The position numbers were made by a program, and so were the translations under genes. DNA of 63,460 bases from Thermoplasmatota archaeon. GTDB taxonomy: Archaea > Thermoplasmatota > Poseidoniia > Poseidoniales > Thalassarchaeaceae. Shown piece by piece: positions 46,203 through 55,220 of the stretch; the first letter of the stretch is position 1, and every line of letters starts with the position of its first letter. The notes beneath the pieces were generated by a model. The model did no database searches. It had not been told where the DNA came from and was given only the letters and a program-made list of their open reading frames with translations. Location: positions 1 through 63,460 of the forward strand of contig JAZAAK010000047.1 in NCBI GenBank assembly GCA_036138175.1, read 5' to 3'.

Positions 46203-49200
46203 TTAGGCGACTGCTTCACTAAGATCGAATGAATCTCTCTCTGGTACGTCTTGTAATTCATCAATTTCTTGCAATACCATCGTTAGTGCATGCTGAGCGT
46301 TTTGTCTATGACCATCTCCCAACTTGTGAGATGAATATCTGGCCTCCTCGAAAATTCGGTCTAATGCCACAAGAGCTTCTTCACTAATCGGTAGGGCTTT
46401 TCTAATTGCCATTTCAAATTCCCTTACTGTTTCAAAGTCTCGACGAAGGAATCCATTTCTCATTAGTATGTTGCAAAGGCTCTCATAACAAGTGAATATA
46501 GCCTCTCGAATTTCGTCTCCAGCGGCTAGTAACTCAGCTGTATAACTGAAAATTCCTGCCATTTCATCAATAGCTGCTAATCGGCGTCTTCTGAGAGAAA
46601 AACCTAATCCAACTAGAGTTCCTAAAATCAAGATTATTCCAATTATAGCGATAATTTGCCAGAATGTGAAGAGAGGTTCTGGATCTTCGTAAGTCATCTC
46701 GATACCGGAATAATCATTGTTCAACCATAAACGATCATTTGGACTAATTAATTGAGAATCTGTTTGGAACAGTAGGGATAATTCCCCCCATTTATTCTTG
46801 TCATAAAATGCTGGTTGATTTTGTATCGTGAAATCATAATCCATTATGCCATTTGAGTCGGTGAGTTTGACATTTTGGAAATGTATCACAGATTGATTGA
46901 CCAGTCTAGCGACAATGGAAATACCTTCAACGGGAAGGCCCGTATCATTCGCAACAACTGTCACAGTACCATTTATTCTCCTCTGATTTTCCTTGATATG
47001 ATGGCTATCCGGTGTAAATATAAATGTCACAGGAACTCGGATATTGACTGTATGTTCAATATCTACACCGTTCAGGAATCTATCAGCATCAGGGAGTGCG
47101 GATATTGTGAGCGATAACTCTCCAGGAGGCATCGTTGAACGAGCTGGAGAGATTAGTTCGAAGTGTCCTGTGGATTCGTCCCAAACTAGGGTTGAAGGTT
47201 CGGCTAAACCGTTCCAAAGTAAGACCACTTCCATACCCTCAATGACGTTGCTTTCCCCACCAACTTCGACAATCCTTGCAACCAGTTTAATTTCCTTTGA
47301 TTCATCTGAACGAATTATCAGATCGGTTTCCCAAAGAACTTCAATCTGGATATCTGCCTTTGCATAAACCGTCATGTTATACTCAACTGGAAGGTAGAAT
47401 GTTTGGCCCTCAAAGGTGAATCTAATATCATGCCCACCTCTTGCAATTAGGTAGCCAATTGAATAGTCGAATTCGAAAACTCCATCATCGCCAGTAGTAA
47501 TTCGGTTGATTTCTACGCCATCAAGTGAGATTATAATTTCTCGACCCGAAAGACCAGGAGCCCCTGCGGTATCTGAGTCATATAATCGTCCTGTGAAGTT
47601 CCATTGTTCTCCTCTAGTAACCGACACATCATCAACTTGCAGATTAATCGCAGTGTGGTAAGCAATCGTTAGATTGGCATCTACACTTCCCGGTCTGTAG
47701 TAGCCTTGTGCGGGCGCGGTCACAGTTATTGTATGGAAGCCGATGTCTAAGAAGTCTGAAACCACCCAATTGAAAGACCAATCTCCATTTTCACGGCTTG
47801 TTGTGATTCCGACTAAAGTTCCGTCAATGAAAATCTCAAGTGAATGATTTGCCAACCCTCCATCTGGAAGATTATCCCTGACCGTTCCCGTTAATCTCAT
47901 TTCATCCCCTACGGCATAAGCACTTGGAGGGTCTATCGAAATGATGGTCGGTGCGTATACTGTGAATACTGTGGTTGAATTAGAAGGTAGTATGAACTCT
48001 TCACCTTGGAAAATTATCTTCACCAAGCGAGGCCCTAGGGGCATATCTGGAGGGATTGGGAGATATACGCTGAATGTGCCATTTTCCTCTACTTGTAGGC
48101 CGGTTAAGAATTGGTCATTCATAGTGACTTCTAGATATCTATCTCCGAGTGTACGGCCAGCTCCATCAGTAAGCATTCCTTCGATCAGGAGTAGTTGGTT
48201 CCTATCCACCTCGCCAGGAGGAGTCGTAAGAACGACTTGAGATGTTTGTGTGACATTAAATCCGACTGTAGTGGCAGAAGGTAGGTAATATTCAGGGTTC
48301 AAGGAATCCCCTTGACCCATAGGGTCAACCCAAGTAAATCCTCCAAGGAATTTCGCTGTAACTGTATGAGCACCGTAATCCATGTCTAATGGTAAATCAT
48401 AGGTAACTCTCCATTGCCCTGTGGATGCATTAGAAACCGTTGTGTAGGCTGAACCAACATCAATTCCATCAATCCAAATATGGATTACTCCGCCTGAAAT
48501 TAGGCCGTTGTCCGTCAATAATTGACCATGTTCATCTAGAAGTGTGCCAGTGAAGGTAATGTTTTCTCCAGCGATCATAGATCCAGTTAATTCTGTGAAT
48601 TCGATTACAGTTGGTGCCAGAACAATTACCCTAGACCAGGTGGAATCTCCAATCAATCCTGTAGTTCCATTTATTCCAGGGAATTCTGCTGAAATTAACA
48701 TAGAGCCTTGGGTTCTTTGTGAGTCTACTGGAATAATCAACGTTGCTCGGCCAGTTGAATCAGTTGTTACAGATTGAATAAATGAACCATCAACTAGGAT
48801 GTCTATTTCGGCATTTTCAACCAATTGACCAGCATTATCTATTATTGAAAGATTAACACTAACATCATCGCCTCTAACAACTCTTCTATCAGGATCTAGG
48901 TCAGCAGGATCTAATATTGAGATTAGGGAGTAACCTCTACTGTCAAAAGTACCTGTATCACTACTAGAACCGTAATAATTGACGGTTGGAGTGTAGCTTG
49001 CTGTGATATTATGAGTGCCTCTTGGGAAGGATAGACCGAGGGTAATTACTGCACTCCAAGTACCATTTGGATTCACTACACCACCCGTGGCTTGGAATCC
49101 AGAATCCGTACCATCGATTGAGAATGTTAGTGACGAAGGTAGGGCCGCCCCTGTTCTATCCATTATTCCAGTACCATTGCTGGAAAGTAAAGTTCCACTA

Positions 49201-52200
49201 ACATTGAAAGATTCGCCGGCAACTGGGTTATCGGTTACTGTTGAAATTGTTAGGTTAGTAGGTGAACGAACGAAAATTTGGTTCATTACAGTAGTTGTAG
49301 AGTGTAGAGTTGATGAGCCATTGAAATATAGTGCAATTCCAATTAAACCTAGTGGATGAGAATGTGGAACATCGAATGTGAAATTTACTAATCCTTGACC
49401 ATTAGTCACTCCTTCAGTCAACCATGTATCGTGGAACTTAGCCGCAACCTGCATATCTCCAACTGGAAGGTCATTATCCGAAAATTCAGTCAATCGAGCA
49501 CCGAAGGTAATCGATGTGCCCCGATCAACAACCGTCTGGATTATTGGTGTCCTATCTGTGAATCGAGTGACTCCCTTTACGAGAATTGAGGCATTACCCG
49601 TACCTGTAAGATAGAATGGAGAACTCCCTTCAATCACGCTCACGACTACAGTCTTCGTGCCACTTGAAACTCCATCTCCGAATGGGTCTGTTGGAACTGA
49701 TACCGAGAACGAACCATTGTTTGTTGTTGTGTGACTGGACACTAAAGTTTCACTTGAATCATTTAGGAAGAAGATTTCTACGGCCATTGGTCCACTAACA
49801 CTTCTATTTCCATCGAATCCATCCAAAACTTGTCCAGAAAGTGTAAATGATTGGCCCGCAGTTACCTCTTGTGGTATTGAGATAATTTCGACCTGACTGT
49901 CTACCTGCACTGTTAAATTCGCAAATGTGTCATTACCAATCCAGCGCCCTGCATCGGCGTCTGTTAGGTTATCTGTTAGATCGTCAGCGGCATGTACACG
50001 AAGGTCGTAGAACCCTGGAGTTGTATCTTCTAGAATAGTAGGATTAAATCTTGCAACACCATCGATATCTGTTGTGGCTGAGTCAATAATTACCTGATTT
50101 GGACCACCCCAATCGAAGTATAAGTCGACATCCACGTCTGACACCACAGAATCATCTGCGATATCTGTAATTGTAGCATTTAGAATAAGAGTAGTACCGG
50201 CAATGACGATAATTGATTGAGGTTCAGCATCCACCACAAACTCGCTTTGAAGACCAGCCAAAACTCTTGTTTGTACAAGAGTAGTATAGAACGGGCCAAG
50301 TACCTCAGCATTTGTTGAGAAGTCTAGAACAAAGCGTAGGAAGTAAGCACTAGAACGAACATCTGTAGGCATTGTAAATGAGTAGTTGTAGGCACCTGTT
50401 GTCTCATTAATCCAGCCACTGGCGAGTGTACGAATTACTGGAGGAGCGGGGCTTCCGTCGGGACCTGGTGGCAAATCAGATGGTATTTCTAATTGAATAA
50501 CGATTGAAGAGTTGTTTCCTGTAATCGGAGTCAGGTGGAAAATATCCCGAGCTACACCCGAGACCCATGTCACTGTACCTCTATCTGTCCACTCCGAACC
50601 CATAGTAACTGTTACATTGGCTCTGCCTTGTATCCTAATTGTATCAAGTACTGAACCAGGCCTTAGCCAAGTCGAACCCGTATAGTTTAGTTGCCAAAGG
50701 TAATCTCCTGCAAACATATTGGAGTTTGGAACCCATACTACATTGAAATTACCTGATTCAGGGTCGGTAATATTGAACACTTCAGTGCCGTTGAAATCTA
50801 CGCTGTATAGCCCAGGGAAGTCGGCAACAGAAGTTCCTGTGTGATCAGATAATTGAACACCAACCAAGGCTTCAGTACCCCTTTCGGTAGGAATTAATTG
50901 ATACTCAAATTCTACATAGGACCTGATACCAAATGTAGACAAGAAAGATTCCTCATCCGTTGCGAATAATTCATCTGCAGAATAAATGAATTTGACTTCA
51001 ACAAGACCTGCAGGGATTGGTACAGAGGATTCATTGAAATCCCATGCAATAGAAAATTGACCAGGTGTTGTTGTCCAATTGCTAGAATTTAGTTGCCAAG
51101 TTGCAAGGTCTGTGTAGGGGCCGTTTGTTCCTGCTCTTCGCATTTGGAAAGTAAGAGACCCATTCAGAGGCTCGGGGGATGGCCCTCTACTAACTGCGGT
51201 ACCATTAATGAAAACTAATTGATTGATATCTAAGATACTGTTGTTTGCATCGCTACCTTCCAAAGAAATGGTTAGATTTGGAGAAGGTGTAATGTTGAAA
51301 TTAAAATCGATCGCATTTGGCCTTAGATGATATTCTGGATTGCTGGCATTGTTCAAGTCTGTTTGATGCCAGCCTGAGAATGCCAAACTAGCATTGATCA
51401 AACCTAGAGGTTCATTTTCTGAAATTGGTACAGTGAACTCAAAATATCCTCCCGAACCAACATCCGAAATTAGGTTAACATCTCCATCCTCGATTGTTGT
51501 GAAATTAAGAAGAACTTGTAGAGTATCCAACATGGCTGGGTCTGTAAGTGGAAGATTAGCCCAAGCCATATTTCCAGTAACCGTTGAATTAACCCCTACA
51601 CCCAACATGGGTTGCTCCGCAGGCACAGGGCTACTGATTGACAGATTTACATCGTCTGTTATGTTAATTGACCACGGGAAAGTAACACTCTGAACTCCGA
51701 CGTATCCTTGTTTTTGAGTCAATATTACCAGAGAACCAAAACCGGGCTTAATCATCTCAGAAGGTGAACCATTGAATGAAAAGAATCCTTCAGAGTTAGT
51801 GGTTGTAGTTCCGATTAGTCTACTAGCCATTGCTGCGCTTCCAGGTACATTTGCAGTCTCATTATCCGGTACCAAGTATAGTTCCAGATTAATTCCCTCT
51901 ATACTTGAGGAATTGCTAACGAATTGTAACGTACCGTTGAGAGAAATGTTACCGGAGGAATAATCTCTCTCCAAAGAATTAGGAGTCACAATTTCATCCA
52001 CTACTTCTACAACTGAAACCTCCGGGCAAGCTTCGAATGGAATCCAACCAAGATCTAATTCACCTTGATTTGCATTTGTCTGAAGGTGAACTTCAACCCA
52101 CCAGGAGAAATCATTTCCATAAACTTCGAATCCATTGTCGACCCAAGTTCCACCAGAAAATCCTGTGACTTTTCTGGTTGGTAATCCTATACTTCTCAAC

Positions 52201-55139
52201 ATAGCAGCAAACACAGTGGCAAACTCATCGCAATCACCTTCATGCGCTTCCTCCAGAATCCATACTGAGGTGTCATCGAGAGAACTCACAATGAGCGAAT
52301 CGCTACGATTCAAATTTGAACCAGCATGATTTCTAAGGAAAGTGGTAGTATTGTTTCCATTAATTAGGAATTGCTGTATGGCCTCGATCTGATCCCAGGC
52401 AGAGGTCCAGCCACTCTCATTGAGGACGGCTTGTGTGATTGTTGTAACGTTGCTAAATCCTCTGTAATCAGTGGCATACGTACTATTTTGGAATGCGGTA
52501 GTATTGTCTCTAATAGCGTCTGTGAAAATGACTTGTGGAGTTGTAACGTAGAGTTGATTGACAATTGATGAGTCAATTAAAACATCTCTTGTATAATTTG
52601 AGAAATTCAAGCCTGCGGCTACATCACTCCAACCTGTGTAATTTACTGCATTATGCGGTGCAATCAACTCATCTCCAGGATTTAATATTCCATTGTTACT
52701 GAATGAAATTTGCCAGGAATGTAGAGCCGAATTGTCCCAAAAGTCTGGGTGTGCAACACCCTGAGTTGTTGACCATGTTGGGAACATCGGCGTATATCCA
52801 ATTAGACTAGTATTGACACCCCAAGAGGCACCAGTGTAGGAATCATATGTGTGCCAGCGCCAATAATGAGTTATGTTATAATCAATTCCAGCAGTTGTAT
52901 TCTCAGCGAAGAAGTATAGCATATTTGTAGAAATATCATCTGTCGGATCCCAAGGATCGAACAATGAATCTACACAACCATTATCCCAATACTCTGGTAA
53001 ACATTCTTGACCATCAGGAATTCCTCCGCCGTCTGTGTCTGGATCTAACCAATCCGTACCTATTTCTTGTTCAATTGTGTCAGGAATTCCATCTCCATCT
53101 GTGTCCAATGGGTTCAAATCGTCATCAGGATTATTCTGAGGGTTGGTTCCGTCGAGATATTCTTGGTAGTCAATTACACCTCCATTATCGGTATCGGAAT
53201 TATTCCATAGGGTGGTGTAATTATCAATCGACATATTTCCATCTTCAATACCATATATCAATGGACAACCAGTAGTATTTTCGAAGTAATTATTCAGACC
53301 GTCTCCATCGAAATCGGCTAGATTGCTGCAAGGTTCAAGTGGGTCAGTGGAATTAATTACCTCATCAAGGTCATTGACTCCATCCCCGTCTGAATCGGTT
53401 AGTGTAGGTAATGACTCAAAGCCCCAAGAACCCAATGACTCTTCCCAATCTGCTAAACCGTCTCCATCTGAATCTAGATAATCGTCATCACAATGCTGTT
53501 CATTGGCTAAACCTAGGGATGCATCCCAACACCAGGAGCTATTGAGCACGACAACATATAGAGCGTCTGAAGGCATAGTGATTGAAACTGAGCGTAAGAT
53601 ATTGCCATCGATTGAAGAATATTGGAATGGAGTTCTGTTTCCTGCCGCGGATTCAAAATAAGCCATTGGAGCCCCATTTTGACGCCAATCAAGTGGATTT
53701 GGGTCTAATTTGCTAGTATTATTTACCGTCACAGAAAAATCAACAGGAACCCATGTAATTACATCAAGATATAATTCGTAAGTTGAAGTACATGGGTCTG
53801 TAGCATGGGCGGGTGAAAGTTCCGTACCATCATCAATTCCCCCACCATCTGTATCAGCGACATTCCATAGAGTACAGGTGGCATTTTCTTCCCAATTTTG
53901 TATTCCGTCCCCATCAAAATCCCCAGAATCTTCTATCCTAGTGGGATCGGTTTCGTTAGCGTCAACAACTCCATTGAAATTCGTATCTTCTTCTCCATCA
54001 TCAAATTGGTCGCCATCGGTATTGTTGTTCCTAGGGTCAGAGGCTTGTGGAGGATTTCCATATGAACCATTGACCTCAACACCATCTGAAATTCCGTCTC
54101 CATCAGTGTCAAATGCTGTGGGGTCTGTAAGCAGGACTAATGCTTCGTATGAATCGTTTAGTCCATCTCCGTCGGTATCATTATTGTTAGGATCGGTGTA
54201 AGTAATTCCGTCGACTTCAGCTGTAAATAAAGAGCAAGGAGGAGAACCGGGTCCAAGACCTAATACAGGATTACAAGGAGATTCAGTATTGGTCCGATTA
54301 TCAGGGCCGGGCCTCCAATATTGAGTTGGAGGATTTGTTGTGCCATTCCTTGTGTCCCAAGCAGGATTGACGTATTCGTAGAGATTAATTAAGCCATCAC
54401 CATCAGGGTCACCATTAGTACCATCGTCACCGGAATTTGAGGTTGGATCGAGGTTGTTGGCAACCTCCCAACCATCAGGCATTCCATCACCATCTGTATC
54501 CCAGCCATCAGGGTCTTCATCGGTTAAATTATCACCATCATCATCATTGCTTGAACAATCGGCATCACCGTCATTGTCACCATCCCAACTGTCGACCATT
54601 CCATCATGGTCATCGTCGAATGTGTTGAAACAAATATTCCCCATTGGGTCTTCATCGGCACCATCTGAGTTCAATCCTTGAATCAACTGCATAGCACTCT
54701 CTTCATCCCAATTACTTACAGGAACTGTGCCATTCCACCAAACTCCATTATCAAGCTTATTGGGTGTAGTTGCCGAATCCCAGTTAGCAGGTATTCCATA
54801 TTGGTATTCATTGAGATTGGTTAGAGAGTCTCCATCAGGATCTCCTGTTGAGCCATTGATTCCGGAAGCTGAAAGTGGGTCGAGGCCATACTGCCATTCC
54901 CAGCCATCTGGTAAACCATCACCATCGGAATCCCAATCTTGCGGTTGGGTGTTTATGTAGTACTCCAACCCATATGGAAGGCCGTCTCCATCAGCATCAG
55001 TTGACCCCATAGCCTCCCAGGTTGCGAATTCAATTGCTGAGTAAGATGTTAGCAACATGAGAAGTGTGAATAAAACCGCTGAACGTTCCTTTCTACGAGC
55101 GATTACGAGATTATTCTGACTCGAGTTGCCGAACATCAT
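46203..55139 (-). CDS. giant envelope protein, about 2978 aa: signal/anchor, TSP3 repeats, transglutaminase-like core, at least 10 Ig-like repeats, TM and a cytosolic DUF4129-like domain
   Basis: TSP3 units (DSDGDGLPDGWEWQYGLDP, DTDGDGMPDGWEVANNLDP). TGase-like core EGDCDEFATVFAAMLRSIGLPTRKVTGF...SWWVEVHL. Roughly 95-100-aa repeats of the form G(E/D)x(F/I)xxTGxLxD..G..L......I.IDG......T....G.W. TM FWQIIAIIGIILILGTLVGLGF followed by RRRR. Tail ETVREFEMAIRKALP...LDRIFEEARYSSHKL is DUF4129-like. ATG at 55139 has AGAGGGTG upstream; the ORF track uses GTG 55145. Confidence 0.85.
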   Translation of the reverse strand: MMFGNSSQNNLVIARRKERSAVLFTLLMLLTSYSAIEFATWEAMGSTDADGDGLPYGLEYYINTQPQDWDSDGDGLPDGWEWQYGLDPLSASGINGSTGDPDGDSLTNLNEYQYGIPANWDSATTPNKLDNGVWWNGTVPVSNWDEESAMQLIQGLNSDGADEDPMGNICFNTFDDDHDGMVDSWDGDNDGDADCSSNDDDGDNLTDEDPDGWDTDGDGMPDGWEVANNLDPTSNSGDDGTNGDPDGDGLINLYEYVNPAWDTRNGTTNPPTQYWRPGPDNRTNTESPCNPVLGLGPGSPPCSLFTAEVDGITYTDPNNNDTDGDGLNDSYEALVLLTDPTAFDTDGDGISDGVEVNGSYGNPPQASDPRNNNTDGDQFDDGEEDTNFNGVVDANETDPTRIEDSGDFDGDGIQNWEENATCTLWNVADTDGGGIDDGTELSPAHATDPCTSTYELYLDVITWVPVDFSVTVNNTSKLDPNPLDWRQNGAPMAYFESAAGNRTPFQYSSIDGNILRSVSITMPSDALYVVVLNSSWCWDASLGLANEQHCDDDYLDSDGDGLADWEESLGSWGFESLPTLTDSDGDGVNDLDEVINSTDPLEPCSNLADFDGDGLNNYFENTTGCPLIYGIEDGNMSIDNYTTLWNNSDTDNGGVIDYQEYLDGTNPQNNPDDDLNPLDTDGDGIPDTIEQEIGTDWLDPDTDGGGIPDGQECLPEYWDNGCVDSLFDPWDPTDDISTNMLYFFAENTTAGIDYNITHYWRWHTYDSYTGASWGVNTSLIGYTPMFPTWSTTQGVAHPDFWDNSALHSWQISFSNNGILNPGDELIAPHNAVNYTGWSDVAAGLNFSNYTRDVLIDSSIVNQLYVTTPQVIFTDAIRDNTTAFQNSTYATDYRGFSNVTTITQAVLNESGWTSAWDQIEAIQQFLINGNNTTTFLRNHAGSNLNRSDSLIVSSLDDTSVWILEEAHEGDCDEFATVFAAMLRSIGLPTRKVTGFSGGTWVDNGFEVYGNDFSWWVEVHLQTNANQGELDLGWIPFEACPEVSVVEVVDEIVTPNSLERDYSSGNISLNGTLQFVSNSSSIEGINLELYLVPDNETANVPGSAAMASRLIGTTTTNSEGFFSFNGSPSEMIKPGFGSLVILTQKQGYVGVQSVTFPWSINITDDVNLSISSPVPAEQPMLGVGVNSTVTGNMAWANLPLTDPAMLDTLQVLLNFTTIEDGDVNLISDVGSGGYFEFTVPISENEPLGLINASLAFSGWHQTDLNNASNPEYHLRPNAIDFNFNITPSPNLTISLEGSDANNSILDINQLVFINGTAVSRGPSPEPLNGSLTFQMRRAGTNGPYTDLATWQLNSSNWTTTPGQFSIAWDFNESSVPIPAGLVEVKFIYSADELFATDEESFLSTFGIRSYVEFEYQLIPTERGTEALVGVQLSDHTGTSVADFPGLYSVDFNGTEVFNITDPESGNFNVVWVPNSNMFAGDYLWQLNYTGSTWLRPGSVLDTIRIQGRANVTVTMGSEWTDRGTVTWVSGVARDIFHLTPITGNNSSIVIQLEIPSDLPPGPDGSPAPPVIRTLASGWINETTGAYNYSFTMPTDVRSSAYFLRFVLDFSTNAEVLGPFYTTLVQTRVLAGLQSEFVVDAEPQSIIVIAGTTLILNATITDIADDSVVSDVDVDLYFDWGGPNQVIIDSATTDIDGVARFNPTILEDTTPGFYDLRVHAADDLTDNLTDADAGRWIGNDTFANLTVQVDSQVEIISIPQEVTAGQSFTLSGQVLDGFDGNRSVSGPMAVEIFFLNDSSETLVSSHTTTNNGSFSVSVPTDPFGDGVSSGTKTVVVSVIEGSSPFYLTGTGNASILVKGVTRFTDRTPIIQTVVDRGTSITFGARLTEFSDNDLPVGDMQVAAKFHDTWLTEGVTNGQGLVNFTFDVPHSHPLGLIGIALYFNGSSTLHSTTTVMNQIFVRSPTNLTISTVTDNPVAGESFNVSGTLLSSNGTGIMDRTGAALPSSLTFSIDGTDSGFQATGGVVNPNGTWSAVITLGLSFPRGTHNITASYTPTVNYYGSSSDTGTFDSRGYSLISILDPADLDPDRRVVRGDDVSVNLSIIDNAGQLVENAEIDILVDGSFIQSVTTDSTGRATLIIPVDSQRTQGSMLISAEFPGINGTTGLIGDSTWSRVIVLAPTVIEFTELTGSMIAGENITFTGTLLDEHGQLLTDNGLISGGVIHIWIDGIDVGSAYTTVSNASTGQWRVTYDLPLDMDYGAHTVTAKFLGGFTWVDPMGQGDSLNPEYYLPSATTVGFNVTQTSQVVLTTPPGEVDRNQLLLIEGMLTDGAGRTLGDRYLEVTMNDQFLTGLQVEENGTFSVYLPIPPDMPLGPRLVKIIFQGEEFILPSNSTTVFTVYAPTIISIDPPSAYAVGDEMRLTGTVRDNLPDGGLANHSLEIFIDGTLVGITTSRENGDWSFNWVVSDFLDIGFHTITVTAPAQGYYRPGSVDANLTIAYHTAINLQVDDVSVTRGEQWNFTGRLYDSDTAGAPGLSGREIIISLDGVEINRITTGDDGVFEFDYSIGYLIARGGHDIRFTFEGQTFYLPVEYNMTVYAKADIQIEVLWETDLIIRSDESKEIKLVARIVEVGGESNVIEGMEVVLLWNGLAEPSTLVWDESTGHFELISPARSTMPPGELSLTISALPDADRFLNGVDIEHTVNIRVPVTFIFTPDSHHIKENQRRINGTVTVVANDTGLPVEGISIVARLVNQSVIHFQNVKLTDSNGIMDYDFTIQNQPAFYDKNKWGELSLLFQTDSQLISPNDRLWLNNDYSGIEMTYEDPEPLFTFWQIIAIIGIILILGTLVGLGFSLRRRRLAAIDEMAGIFSYTAELLAAGDEIREAIFTCYESLCNILMRNGFLRRDFETVREFEMAIRKALPISEEALVALDRIFEEARYSSHKLGDGHRQNAQHALTMVLQEIDELQDVPERDSFDLSEAVA

Positions 55140-55150
55140 GTACACCCTCT

Positions 55151-55165
55151 ACCGCCTACGGCGGT
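55151..55165 (-). promoter_or_regulatory. perfect 6-bp hairpin ACCGCC-GUA-GGCGGU immediately 5' of the SD of the 2980-aa gene
   Basis: Plus strand reads accgcc tac ggcggt. The sense strand reads ...ACCGCCGTAGGCGGT-AGAGGGTGTAC-ATG. Confidence 0.5.
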
Positions 55166-55220
55166 TCATTCGGGTCTTAAGCGGAATGGAGCGTCGTTCG
55201 GACGATGATTAGGGGTCAAA